NCBI GenBank assembly: GCA_014378465.1 | Contig: JACMNQ010000033.1 | Coordinates: 5,578-69,577, forward strand | Direction: 5' to 3' | Source: Oligoflexia bacterium | GTDB lineage: Bacteria > Bdellovibrionota > UBA1018 | DNA: 64,000 nt | In this document: one piece after another, positions 28,112 through 38,302 of the stretch | How positions within the stretch are numbered: the first letter of the stretch is position 1 | How the letters are laid out: each line of letters opens with the position of its first letter | Position numbers and translations under genes: made by a program | Notes under the pieces: generated by a model | Told to the model about the DNA's origin: nothing | Database searches by the model: none | The model's input: the letters and a program-made list of their open reading frames with translations, nothing else

Positions 28112-28235
28112 ATTGGGGATAACATTTGGGGATAAGTGGATAAGTCGGCTGCACCGGCATTCGCTGAGCCGCGTCCTATGAGACGAGTCCTATGACACGA
28201 GTTCAGTGAAAGGAGTTCAATTGGAGGAGTTCAAT
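28112..28235 (+). repeat. Cluster of short tandem duplications
   Basis: TTGGGGATAA x2 plus GGATAAGT; GTCCTATGA(G/C)ACGA x2; GGAGTTCAAT x2. Confidence 0.7.
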
Positions 28236-28306
28236 GAGAAAGATTCGCGCAGGCGACTCCCAAGAAGCCGCTCCCTGGCCAGCGACGAGCATGTTAGATA
28301 TGAGGA

Positions 28307-28669
28307 ATGTTCGAAAAAGCGCACTCCGTGATGTTCTTCGTGTCCGACGTCCCGGCTGCCGCGAAATGGTATGGCGAGCTTCTCGAAACAGACCCATTTC
28401 ACGTTCTGCCCGATATCCCGGTCATTCGACTGGGCCATACCGAAATCTGGTTTCACCTCGCCGATTCCAAGGTCAGTTCCGGAAAGGCGGGCACGGTGAC
28501 GTACTGGCGTGTCGCCGATTTCAGCGCGGCCATTCGCCGCGCGGAGGAGAGGGGAGGAGTCGTCTACCGAGGTCCTCTTGAAATCGAGGACGGAGATGCG
28601 ATCTGTCAGATCGCGGATCCCTTCGGCAATCTTTTCGGCCTGATCGGAGTCGGTCAGCGGTCGGCATGA
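28307..28669 (+). CDS. VOC/glyoxalase family protein
   Basis: FFVSDVPAAAKWY, YWRVAD and DPFGNLFGL motifs; GAGG RBS. Confidence 0.85.
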   Translation: MFEKAHSVMFFVSDVPAAAKWYGELLETDPFHVLPDIPVIRLGHTEIWFHLADSKVSSGKAGTVTYWRVADFSAAIRRAEERGGVVYRGPLEIEDGDAICQIADPFGNLFGLIGVGQRSA

Positions 28670-28682
28670 CAACGAAATAAAA

Positions 28683-28710
28683 CCGCGGCGGGAATCTCAT
28701 CCCACCGCGG
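28683..28710 (-). terminator. Intrinsic terminator of lon
   Basis: Minus strand CCGCGGTGGGA-loop-TCCCGCCGCGG followed by TTTTATT. Confidence 0.7.
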
Positions 28711-28777
28711 CCTCAAGAGTTAATCAGTGCCATTTCTCACAGTGACCGGAGCCCGGCTCGACTGTGGAATGAAAGTC

Positions 28778-31204
28778 TTATGCTGCCTTTTCAAAGCCAG
28801 TCGCGGTCTTTTTCTTTCCGGCCTTGGCTTTGGCATCCTTTGAATCCGCTGCGATTCCCACTTTTTCGGTGAGAGCCACTGCAAGAACATCGTCGATGGT
28901 CTTGGCGGTGACGAAGGTGAGCTGGTCACGAAGTTCCTGAGGAATTTCCTCGAGGTCCTTCTTGTTCTTTTCAGGGATGATGATGGTTTTGATGCCATGT
29001 CTCAGCGCTGCCAATGCCTTTTCCTTCAGGCCACCGATCGGAAGAACTCGTCCAGTCAGGGTGATTTCCCCAGTCATGGCGACATCCTTCTTGATCGGGA
29101 TGTTCAGAATTCTTGAGATCATCGCGGTCGCCATCGTGATCCCGGCAGAAGGTCCGTCTTTCGGAATTCCTCCCTGAGGGTAATGCACATGGATGTCAGT
29201 CGCCGCCAGGGTATCTTCGTCGATGCCGAAGTCCTTGGCTCTCCATTTGATCAGACCGAGCGCGGTGTGAGCGGATTCTTTCATCACATCACCGAGCTGG
29301 CCGGTGAGGGTGATGCCGCCTTTGCCCTTGATCGCCGTGGTTTCGACGTAGAGAATCTCTCCACCCACTGAAGTCCAGGCAAGGCCGGTTGCGATTCCGA
29401 CTTCATCCTTTTCCTGCTCGTCTTCACGAGAGCAGGGTGCTGGCCCGAGGAATTTGGTGACCTGATCGCGGTTGATCAGAGTCTTCTCGGTCTTTCCTTC
29501 AGCCACGAGCCTTGCTGTCTTGCGGCAGAGGGTGCCCATGAAGCGCTCGAGATTTCTCAAGCCCGCTTCACGAGTGTAACCGGAGACGACTGTCTTGACG
29601 GCTTCATCGGTGAATTCGACGAGGTCCTTGGTCAAACCGTTTTCGGTGGTCTGTTTCGGGATCAGGTACTTCTTTGCAATGAAGAATTTCTCTTCTTCAG
29701 TGTAACCGGAGAGCTGGATCACTTCCATACGGTCGCGAAGAGCGGAGGGGATGTTTTCCAGAACGTTACAGGTAGCAATGAACATCACGTTTGAAAGATC
29801 GAACGGGAGATTCAGATAATGATCGCGGAAGCTGAAATTCTGCTCGGGATCGAGAACTTCGAGGAGAGCGGCGGATGGATCGCCTCTCTGATCGCTGCCC
29901 AATTTATCCAACTCGTCGAGGATGAAGATCGGATTGTTGGTCTTCGCCTGTTTCAAGCCCTGAATGATCCGGCCTGGCATCGCGCCGACGTAGGTACGGC
30001 GATGTCCGCGGATTTCAGCTTCATCTTTCACTCCACCCAGGGAGATGCGAACGAATTCGCGTCCCATGGATCTTGCGATCGACTTCCCGAGAGAAGTCTT
30101 GCCGACACCCGGAGGTCCGGAGAAGCAGAGGATCGGACCCTTCATCTTGTCCTTGAGCTTGCGAACCGCAAGGTACTCAAGAACGCGTTCCTTGATCTTG
30201 TCGAGATTGTAATGATCGTCGTCAAGAATGGCCTTCGCACGAGTCAGGTCGAGATTGTCCGGGGTCGCGACACTCCATGGGGTGTCAGTCAACCAGTCAA
30301 TGTAGGTTCTGAGCATCGAAGCTTCGGAAGCATCGGGGTGCATGCGTTCGAGGCGGGCGAGCTGTTTCATCGCTTCAACTTCGACTTCCTGAGGCATCTT
30401 GCAATTGGCGACTTTTTCACGAAGCTCGTTGATCTCTTCACCTTTGTTGTCGGTGTCGCCGAGTTCGTTCTTGATCGCGCGGATCTGTTCTCTGAGGAAG
30501 TATTCCTTCTGAGACTTGGTCATCTCTTCCTTGGCGGAAGAGCGGATCTTGGCCTGAATGTTCAGCACTTCGATCTCGCGAGCCAGGATCTCGTGAATCT
30601 TCTGAAGACGCTCGTGGGTATCAGCGGTTTCAAGGATGCCCTGCGCTTCCTGGACTTTCAAACCGAGGTTTGAAGCGACGAGGTCTGCGAGTCTGCCCGG
30701 ATCAGTGATGTCATCGAGCACCATGAGGATGTCGGGTGAAAGCACTTTGCCAAGGGAGATGACTTTTTCAAGCTGTTCACGAACGGTGCGCATCAGGGCT
30801 TCTGAACTGCCGTGGGTGGAAGGACCGATCTCCGGAAGTTTTTCGATGGCAACTTCGTAGAAAGGTTCTTTCTGTGAAAATTCTTTGATGTTCGCTTTGC
30901 AGAGTCCCTGGGTCAGAATCTTGATTCTGCCGTCCGGAAGTTTGCGCATGCGCATGATCATCGCCACGGTGCCCGTGGTGTAGATGGCGTCCGGTGCCGG
31001 ATGCTCATCGCTGATGTCTTTCTGCGAAGCCAGAAGAATGAGTCTGTCTGAACGTGACAGAGCTTCTTCGACCGCTTTGATAGATGAATCCCGACCCACG
31101 AAAAGTGGGATAATCATGTACGGAAATACAACAATGTCTCTGACCGGTAACATGGGCAAGTTCGTTGGGATCTCTACCTGTTCGCCGTCGTAATTAGTGA
31201 CCAT
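28778..31204 (-). CDS. lon: ATP-dependent Lon protease
   Basis: LPVRDIVVFP N-domain; GPPGVGKT; DEAEIRGHRRTY; PKDGPSAG catalytic Ser; PIGGLKEK. Confidence 0.97.
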   Translation of the reverse strand: MVTNYDGEQVEIPTNLPMLPVRDIVVFPYMIIPLFVGRDSSIKAVEEALSRSDRLILLASQKDISDEHPAPDAIYTTGTVAMIMRMRKLPDGRIKILTQGLCKANIKEFSQKEPFYEVAIEKLPEIGPSTHGSSEALMRTVREQLEKVISLGKVLSPDILMVLDDITDPGRLADLVASNLGLKVQEAQGILETADTHERLQKIHEILAREIEVLNIQAKIRSSAKEEMTKSQKEYFLREQIRAIKNELGDTDNKGEEINELREKVANCKMPQEVEVEAMKQLARLERMHPDASEASMLRTYIDWLTDTPWSVATPDNLDLTRAKAILDDDHYNLDKIKERVLEYLAVRKLKDKMKGPILCFSGPPGVGKTSLGKSIARSMGREFVRISLGGVKDEAEIRGHRRTYVGAMPGRIIQGLKQAKTNNPIFILDELDKLGSDQRGDPSAALLEVLDPEQNFSFRDHYLNLPFDLSNVMFIATCNVLENIPSALRDRMEVIQLSGYTEEEKFFIAKKYLIPKQTTENGLTKDLVEFTDEAVKTVVSGYTREAGLRNLERFMGTLCRKTARLVAEGKTEKTLINRDQVTKFLGPAPCSREDEQEKDEVGIATGLAWTSVGGEILYVETTAIKGKGGITLTGQLGDVMKESAHTALGLIKWRAKDFGIDEDTLAATDIHVHYPQGGIPKDGPSAGITMATAMISRILNIPIKKDVAMTGEITLTGRVLPIGGLKEKALAALRHGIKTIIIPEKNKKDLEEIPQELRDQLTFVTAKTIDDVLAVALTEKVGIAADSKDAKAKAGKKKTATGFEKAA

Positions 31205-31610
31205 TCCCCTAGCTCCTTCTCTTTCTAACTTCACTGAGATGTTTAACTCTTACAAAACAGTTCGGACGCTCATTGCTTTCGCTTGAGGGATTTGTGGGAA
31301 GCGGATGAAGAATGATTCTCAAATAAGTGCCCGATTTCCGGCAGTTATTGGACACATTGTGAGAACCGATTTGGTCAGGTAGGGAGACTTCCGTTCAGTT
31401 CAAATTAAAGTGGAAACGAAGGTGAACGTTCGTGAGATGGGCGGTTTGAATTTTGACGGCGGCGATATTCAATCAGCCTGCCGAAAGAAACAATCGCTTT
31501 CATTGATGTGTGAAAAGGGTCGATCCGCGATCGCGCTTCATTGAAAATTGAGTGGCGTTTTTGACGGTCCGATATTTCAAAAGCCGAAAACCTGTACGAA
31601 CTGAGGACAA

Positions 31611-32336
31611 ATTAAAAAACTGATTCCGTTGATTTCACTGATCGCCCTGAACCTGGCTCAAATTGCAAGTGCCCCCATTTACATCGCCTATTCAGATCCA
31701 GTCACTCACGAGCGTGGCCTGTCTGTGATCACCAGTGGTGCGATCAATGACAACGACACGATCACCACCGCCATCAAAAACGGTGCCTTGATCGGTTGGT
31801 CAGGCGCAGGCCGAATATCCCCCGATGACGACGCCTTGATCATTCAGATGCTCAAGGAGGGTTACCCTAGCAAGTACCCGGATGAGTACTGACGAGTCCT
31901 CTTCGTCGCTCCAAACGGAACTTTGGGGAGCCTGATTCCCAAAGGGGGATGCCCAACTGCTGAATGAGGAGCGCGCGTCATGAAGAATTTCATCGGGATG
32001 GGAGGGGGAGTGAAAAAAGGCGTGCTGGACCGCTCGACCGCGAAATTTGCAGAGATTGAAAAGTCGACCTTGTCCATGTCCCGCAAACTGCTAGCGGGAC
32101 ATGAGCAGATCATGCTTGCGGGAGGCGAAGTCAAACCATTCGCAACCTCCGTCCTGATCGCTGATGTTCCGGGACGATCAGACCTGGTGTGGGCCAATTC
32201 GCTGATCTCTGGAACAGCCGATCAGGAAGTCGATATTCTCAAGAACGTGAACGGCGACTTGAAGAAGGCGGGGCTTCAAATGTTCACTCTCTTCACTGAG
32301 TGCTTTGCGCTCGAAACCAATGCTTCGAACTCTTGA
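31611..32336 (+). pseudogene. Interrupted DUF1028/Ntn-hydrolase-like secreted protein gene
   Basis: ORFs 31629-31892 and 31980-32336 share one frame and are separated only by two TGA codons; ATT instead of ATG after the GAGGA RBS begins a signal peptide. Confidence 0.6.
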
Positions 32337-32463
32337 CGCAGGATTTTTGACCGGCAACGTCAGATCATTGTGCAGAAAAAAGCATGTTTTAGACGCTTTC
32401 GGTAGTGATTTTGCAGGTCACCCTGCAAAGCGACTTAACCTTGAAATTTTGGAGCACCATCCC

Positions 32464-33261
32464 ATGAAATTTTCATTTCCCAGAACTCGATCTGTCTTCG
32501 TACTTTCAGCAACTCTGGCATTGAGCTTGAGCTCTGCAGCATCGGCAGCCACCCAGTATGTTCCTGCCACTGGCTCCTCCCAGGTCGTGAACAAAAGCGA
32601 CGCGGATGCAAAAGACCCATTCAGTGGCGGCGCCGAAATCAATGCGGATCTGACCAACGGGAACGTGAAGATTCAGACCATCGGGGGTGCGGCTGATGTC
32701 ACGCTGAGGACGATGCCACTCACCACCAAAGCGAAGATCGGATACCTCCGAAACAAGACCGATGATCGTGAACGTGCCCGTACGATCTACGGAAACCTTC
32801 GTACCGGCCTCAACCTCGCTAACGCAGTCGACTATTTTGCGCAGGGAAACTACTTTCAGAACAAATTTTCGGGTGTGCTGAATCAGTATGAAGTGGATAC
32901 GGGGCTGGGCTTCTATCCCATCAACACGGAAACCGTCTCGTTTCACGTGGAAGGCGGCCTGGGTTACTTGTCGGAAGATCTGACCTTCCCCCGCAAGAAC
33001 TCTTTTCTGCTGATTCGTCCAGGCGCCGGTCTGACTCTCAAGCTGAGCGATGTGGCTGATCTCAATCTTGACGGATCATTCATTCACAGTTTCAGAAACA
33101 ACGACGACTGGCGAATCATGGCGACCGGCGGTCTGACTTCAAAGATCACGCAGTTCCTGAGCCTGAAGCTTTCGCATAACATCACGAAGCGAAACGTCGC
33201 GGTTCCAACTTTCGTGAAGACGGATAACGCGACCCTGGCTTCACTTGTGCTCAAGTTCTGA
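32464..33261 (+). CDS. DUF481/YdiY-like outer-membrane beta-barrel
   Basis: Signal peptide; TNGN, F.G...Y...TGLGFY and GGLGY.SE motifs; D....ASLVLKF C-terminus. Confidence 0.75.
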   Translation: MKFSFPRTRSVFVLSATLALSLSSAASAATQYVPATGSSQVVNKSDADAKDPFSGGAEINADLTNGNVKIQTIGGAADVTLRTMPLTTKAKIGYLRNKTDDRERARTIYGNLRTGLNLANAVDYFAQGNYFQNKFSGVLNQYEVDTGLGFYPINTETVSFHVEGGLGYLSEDLTFPRKNSFLLIRPGAGLTLKLSDVADLNLDGSFIHSFRNNDDWRIMATGGLTSKITQFLSLKLSHNITKRNVAVPTFVKTDNATLASLVLKF

Positions 33262-33288
33262 GGACTAATAGAAATAGGCTCAATTCAT

Positions 33289-33330
33289 GAGAAAAGTGGA
33301 GAGTTCCAGAAGGAGCTTTCAACTTTTCTC
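33289..33330. terminator. Bidirectional hairpin between convergent genes
   Basis: GAGAAAAGTGGAGAGTTCC-agaa-GGAGCTTTCAACTTTTCTC. Confidence 0.6.
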
Positions 33331-35023
33331 ATTTTTTTAGCGTGCTGAGCGGAGGTGACGACCTGGGCACTTTCCGTGTCGTGGTTTCCGTGATGAGACT
33401 CAATTCCGTCAGCATTCGGAAGAAGTCATTTTCTGGTACCCAGAACTTGCCCGTGGCCGAGTCACAGTGTTTCCGGATTGCAGGTGTGTATTGACTGCAG
33501 TCCGCGCCGTAGCTGTTCAGAATCAGATAACTGCGTTCGCACTGCCCGCTCGCGGTGGCGTCGCGGTAGCCTGCCACCGTGATGGCGTGGCGTTCAATCA
33601 GTCCTTTCGCCGGTCCCATGAAATGATCTGGCATCAGAATTTCGGGACGGATTGACGCTCCGACGGCGTGTCTCTGATTCAGGGACTCCTGGATCCGTCG
33701 AGTGAGCGGGAGGCGGTCTTCTTTGACCGTGATCTGCTCGCAGGAAAAGCTCTCGTGGACCTGAATTCGTGCCCCTTTGCAGTCGAGTCCGGGGATTTCA
33801 TGGGTGACGAGATCCTTCTTGAGAAAGCGGGAGCGGAAACCGCCTAGAAAGGGAGTCCTGGGTTCCGGATTCAGCATTTTCTGGATCATTTCGCCGGTGG
33901 GCAAGGAGGTCTCAGAGATGAAGTTCATCAGGTCGTAGAGGCTCAGATTGAGCGTCGTTTTCTGAAGCAGAGCACCTTCTGCCTGCACATCCAGAGCGCA
34001 GTCTGCGCAAGCCATGCTCCTGTTGGGACTTGTGGGGTTGGAAAGAGTGCCGCCCTGCATTTCCGAGAGAAGAGAGAGGACTCGACAGCGGTCCGAAGCT
34101 TGGGCGGCCGTGATTTTTCGGGTCAATGTGGAGAAAGTGAGGGGCGAGCTCACTTTGAACTCCTGAAGGGTCTCGAGTGGAACTTTGAGATGTCTGAAGA
34201 GAAGCTGCAGAATCTCTTGTCCAGATTTTCCCTGCGCGATCAAGGCAGGTAGCTCGAGCTTGTAGGCCTGAAGCCCGGTTTGGATCTGCGCTGGGATGCG
34301 ACTTCGAAAGGAAACAGGTACATAAGCTCGCCCCAGATAAATCTTTTCAAAACTTTCCTGAAGGGCTGCAGGGCCACAGCTGGCGTGGGTTTCCGTCTGC
34401 TCCCACTTCTGCCTGAGGTGATCCCGAAAAGTGAAACGATCGATTGGACTCAATTTCTGATATTCATCCAGAAAGTCGCTGAAATTCCACATCACTCGCT
34501 TCTGGTTGGAAAGCTCCGGTCTTTTATCCTGGGAACCCTGGAACAGGTTTTCCAAGGATACCTGATCCCGGGGGCAGGCTCCGATTTTCTTGGCAGTCTT
34601 GAAGGCGTCGCAAGGATAACCGGACTCGAGCCAAAAGGACGGATCTTCGTCCAGAAGCTCAGAGCCGGTCATTTTGCGGGCTTCAGCCGCGGTGGGGTGG
34701 ACCAGGGCGGTCCCCAGTTCCTTGGTCTGTGCGGCCAGATCCAGGTAGGAAATTTCCGGATGGCCGGGCAGCACGCTTTGAAGAAGACGACTGGCGGTCG
34801 TCGCGAAACAGACCCCGAGCTCACCTTGATTCTGAGTGGGAGAATTTTCGAAAGGTCCCCCTTTGGCGTCCAAGCGCACTTCGGTGCCAGCGGAACAGCC
34901 AGGAGCAGCGGAAGCGGGTGAATCGATCACAAGTGAACTCAGCGCGACGCATGCCAAGTATGCGGCAACGAGGGAAGTTCGAAAAGGGGAGAGAGTCCGG
35001 AGTTGAAACGGGCCAGGTGACAT
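33329..35023 (-). CDS. Secreted papain-like (C1) cysteine peptidase
   Basis: NQGELGVCFA (Gln/Cys), HAITVAGY (His) and ILNSYG (Asn) motifs; signal-like N-terminus. Confidence 0.72.
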   Translation of the reverse strand: MSPGPFQLRTLSPFRTSLVAAYLACVALSSLVIDSPASAAPGCSAGTEVRLDAKGGPFENSPTQNQGELGVCFATTASRLLQSVLPGHPEISYLDLAAQTKELGTALVHPTAAEARKMTGSELLDEDPSFWLESGYPCDAFKTAKKIGACPRDQVSLENLFQGSQDKRPELSNQKRVMWNFSDFLDEYQKLSPIDRFTFRDHLRQKWEQTETHASCGPAALQESFEKIYLGRAYVPVSFRSRIPAQIQTGLQAYKLELPALIAQGKSGQEILQLLFRHLKVPLETLQEFKVSSPLTFSTLTRKITAAQASDRCRVLSLLSEMQGGTLSNPTSPNRSMACADCALDVQAEGALLQKTTLNLSLYDLMNFISETSLPTGEMIQKMLNPEPRTPFLGGFRSRFLKKDLVTHEIPGLDCKGARIQVHESFSCEQITVKEDRLPLTRRIQESLNQRHAVGASIRPEILMPDHFMGPAKGLIERHAITVAGYRDATASGQCERSYLILNSYGADCSQYTPAIRKHCDSATGKFWVPENDFFRMLTELSLITETTTRKVPRSSPPLSTLKK

Positions 35024-35144
35024 CTCTTGAAAGTTTAACGAGGTGGTGGAGCGAGTCAAAGAAAGAAACGCCGTCAAAACGCTGGCTGAAAAATGCCTGA
35101 TGGAAGTCCTTGATCACGGCGCAAGAATGAACAGGCGCCGTCAA

Positions 35145-35810
35145 TCAGATGTCGAAACTCACACCTGCGAGAAATTCGAGATCGCGGGTTTTCATGGAGC
35201 CACTGGTGCCTGTGTGTCGATTCAGCAGACCAAAGAGGTAGCGAGCATCGCCCACGATGGAAATGCCGAGGTCGACTGGAACTTTGAGGCCGACGGCTGC
35301 TTCGAGGCCGAAGTCGCTTCTCTTGAATTGCGTATCAGCATAGCTACCGCTTTCGTCGAAACGGGAATTTGGTGGAAGCTGAGGATCGTTGAATGCGGCT
35401 CCTGCCGTGATTTTACCAACTCCGAGAGCATAGTATCCCCCGAGTCCTACAGTGAGCATCGGAAAGGGAGAGATTCGGGCAAGGACCGGCACCTGAAGGG
35501 ATTTGAATTTCAGGTAAAAATCTTTGAATCCGCTTTGGTCATCGATCCCGAATGATTTAGTCACATAAAGCAACCCCGTCTGCAGAGAGATGACGGTGAG
35601 CGGAATATTTACCAGGACGCCGAAGCCCGGCGAGAGCTTCGAATTGAAGCCGGCATCGCCTGGATCGATTGAATACTTGAAATGAGGAAAAGTTCCGACG
35701 AGAACCGGCGTGACTTCGATTGCCTGTGCCTGAGGAGCTGAAACTGAGAGGCTCACAAGGCCGAGAGCAAGGCTGAGCGCGAAAACTGAAAGTCCGGAAG
35801 TTCTGAGCAC
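35145..35810 (-). CDS. Small outer-membrane beta-barrel (porin/PorT-like)
   Basis: Signal peptide AQA; LQVPVLAR, DFGL..AVG and DARY.FGL motifs; C-terminal GVSFDI. Confidence 0.78.
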   Translation of the reverse strand: MLRTSGLSVFALSLALGLVSLSVSAPQAQAIEVTPVLVGTFPHFKYSIDPGDAGFNSKLSPGFGVLVNIPLTVISLQTGLLYVTKSFGIDDQSGFKDFYLKFKSLQVPVLARISPFPMLTVGLGGYYALGVGKITAGAAFNDPQLPPNSRFDESGSYADTQFKRSDFGLEAAVGLKVPVDLGISIVGDARYLFGLLNRHTGTSGSMKTRDLEFLAGVSFDI

Positions 35811-35922
35811 GAAATCTCTCCTGAATGTGAAGTAGAGCCATTACCCTAGCGCCGCTCGCTTCAAAAACAAGGATTTTCACGACCACTCCCCCACACCCAG
35901 CAAGATTCCGTCTCGCCAAATG

Positions 35923-35958
35923 AAAAGGCCCCGGAGGAGTGATCCTTCGGGGCCTTTT
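35923..35958. terminator. Intrinsic terminator downstream of dksA
   Basis: AAAAGGCCCCGGAGGA-gtga-TCCTTCGGGGCCTTTT. Confidence 0.8.
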
Positions 35959-35979
35959 TCAGATTTTCACGACTGAGTC

Positions 35980-36342
35980 TTAAGCGTAAATCTTTTCTTT
36001 GTGTTCCTGCTTCTCTTTGCAGGCGATGCAGAGAGTGGAGACAGGTCGCGCTTCAAGGCGTCTTGGCTCGATTGGCTCTTCGCAATCTTCACAAGTTCCA
36101 AAATGGCCTTCGTCCATACGAGCGAGAGCTTCGTCGATTTTGGAGATCAACTGGCGTTCGCGATCGCGAAGTTTGAAAACGAGATTCTGACTGATTTCGC
36201 TGGCGGCGAGATCGGTTTCGTCCGACAGATCATCCGTCGAAAGAGCCAATTCGTTCTTCAGCGCGTTTTTTGAATTGTTGAGAAGGCGCTGTTTCTCTTC
36301 CAGCAAAGCCTTCTTAAATCGCACAAGTGTCTTAGCATCCAT
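35980..36342 (-). CDS. dksA: DksA/TraR C4 zinc-finger transcription factor
   Basis: DETDLAASE coiled-coil tip; CEDC...RLEARP...CIAC zinc finger. Confidence 0.9.
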   Translation of the reverse strand: MDAKTLVRFKKALLEEKQRLLNNSKNALKNELALSTDDLSDETDLAASEISQNLVFKLRDRERQLISKIDEALARMDEGHFGTCEDCEEPIEPRRLEARPVSTLCIACKEKQEHKEKIYA

Positions 36343-36808
36343 ACATTCCCCCCGGTTAACACACTTGGAACCGCTCTGACCTTTGCAACCTTCCAGTCAC
36401 ACTTGCCAGTTCGGGACTCCGTTTCCCCCGTAACCTTGAACTCCCCAAACAACTTCTTCAAAAACCCCAGAACCGTTACCCAGAGCCTCTTGCGAGGCTT
36501 TCGTTGGTTTAAAAGTCACCCAAACAGTTTACCGCCGTCCTGTGCGATGACAAGGTTTTTATAAGGACTTCTAAGATTAATCAACTAAAAGAATTACCGA
36601 AATTAACAATTTGAATGAAAACCCTATAAATCCGCTAAAAAAAACTTCTTGCGATCTGCGTTAATTCGCCTCACAGGTGGGAGCTTATCGGCAAAGTCTG
36701 CCGGTGCTTGAGAACTATTAACGCACGCTCATCAATTTCACTGTCAGGTTTGCGTTTGGACTCTCCGACCTTGACGGCAAAAGCGGTGTTCTTATACCAA
36801 TAACGGAC

Positions 36809-38302
36809 ATGAAAATTTCCAAAGCTGTGTCTCGTGTGACCGACAAAACGTCTTCGAAGTCTCCAGGCAAACTTCCCGCCAGCTGTGCAGTGATGATTCT
36901 GGCTGCAGGACAGGGAAAACGCATGCGATCAGCTTTGCCGAAAGTCCTGCATGAGATTGGCGGGCAGCCTCTGCTGTTTCATATCTTGAACCGGATTTCT
37001 GAAACCGCTCCAAAGGCTCCAGTCGCCATCGTCGTGGGGCACGGAAAAGAGCAGGTCGAAGCGGCCGTCCTTGCTCAGTTGGATTTCTCAAAGATGAACA
37101 TCACTTTTGTTCACCAACCCGAACAGCGGGGAACAGGGCATGCCGCTCGCTGCGCGATGGATTCTCCCTGGGGTGATGCTCAGGTTCGCGCTAAAAATCC
37201 CGTGCTGGTTCTCCCGGGCGATCTGCCTCTGATCCCTGGATCTCTGATCACTCAGATGGTCGAACCGCTCGGCAAAGGCGGCGGGCTCAGACTTCTCACC
37301 TGTCAGCTGCCTGATCCGAAAGGGTATGGACGAGTCGTTCGCCGTGGAAAGAAAGGTCCCGTACTCAGAATCGTCGAAGAAAAAGATGCGAACGCCCGTG
37401 AGAAGGAAATTCACGAAGTCGCCGCTTCCATCTACTTCTTTCACAGTCCCTTTTTACAGGCCTCCCTGCATCGGCTGTCGGACAAGAATGCGCAAAGCGA
37501 GTATTACCTGACGGACCTGGTGGCCAACGCCTCTCGCGCGAAGAAAAAAGTCGACGTGCTCAACTGGCAGTCGGCTGAAGATCTCCGAGGCATCAATGAT
37601 CCCTGGGAGCTTGCAGTCGCGCAGAAGTTTCTCAATGAAAGAACCGTGAAGGCCTGGGCTCAGAAAGGCGTCCGCTTCGCGGATCCCTGGAGCGTTCAGA
37701 TTGATTCCCAGGTGGAACTTGCCGAAGACGTTTCCATTCAGTCGGGAGTGATCCTGCACGGAAAGACCCGGATCCGCAAAGGCGCCATCATCGGCCCTCG
37801 AGTGGTCCTGAAGAACGTCCTGGTGGGTGAAGAAGCTCAACTCAAAGTCGGTACCGTCGCCGAAAACTCCGTCATCGGGGCTCATGCCCAGCTCGGGCCC
37901 TATGCTCATCTTCGGCCTGAATCTGAAGTGGGGGAGTATTCCAAGATCGGCAATTTCGTCGAATTGAAGAAAACGAAGATTGGGACCTCCACAAGCATCG
38001 CACATCTGTCATACTTGGGAGACGCGGAAGTTGGGTCCCGCGTCAACATCGGCTGCGGTTTTGTGACCTGCAACTTTGACGGAAGGGTTATTGATGGTCA
38101 GCGCAAGCACCGGACCGTGATCGAAGACGATGTTTTTCTGGGCAGTGACTGCCAGGCCATCGCTCCGATTCGGATCGGAAAAGGAGCTTACGTCGCATCC
38201 GGGTCCACTCTCACTCAGAGTGTGGAGCCTGATGCTCTCGCGATCGCGAGATCCCGGCAGGTCAACAAGGCCGGGTATGCAAGCCGTTTGCGCGGCAAAT
38301 AA
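36809..38302 (+). CDS. glmU: Bifunctional UDP-GlcNAc pyrophosphorylase/GlcN-1-P acetyltransferase
   Basis: LAAGQGKRM..LPKVLH, EYYLTD, GNFVELK and HLSYLGDA motifs; hexapeptide repeats. Confidence 0.96.
   Translation: MKISKAVSRVTDKTSSKSPGKLPASCAVMILAAGQGKRMRSALPKVLHEIGGQPLLFHILNRISETAPKAPVAIVVGHGKEQVEAAVLAQLDFSKMNITFVHQPEQRGTGHAARCAMDSPWGDAQVRAKNPVLVLPGDLPLIPGSLITQMVEPLGKGGGLRLLTCQLPDPKGYGRVVRRGKKGPVLRIVEEKDANAREKEIHEVAASIYFFHSPFLQASLHRLSDKNAQSEYYLTDLVANASRAKKKVDVLNWQSAEDLRGINDPWELAVAQKFLNERTVKAWAQKGVRFADPWSVQIDSQVELAEDVSIQSGVILHGKTRIRKGAIIGPRVVLKNVLVGEEAQLKVGTVAENSVIGAHAQLGPYAHLRPESEVGEYSKIGNFVELKKTKIGTSTSIAHLSYLGDAEVGSRVNIGCGFVTCNFDGRVIDGQRKHRTVIEDDVFLGSDCQAIAPIRIGKGAYVASGSTLTQSVEPDALAIARSRQVNKAGYASRLRGK

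Noticed and set aside
28112-28235. Possible mini-CRISPR array
   Set aside because: The repeats are 10-14 nt, of three different sequences, with no regular spacers and no cas genes
31260-31287. sigma28-like promoter for lon (minus strand TCAAG-N16-CCGAAC)
   Set aside because: The spacing is one base off and the -10 match is weak, so it is not supportable without TSS data
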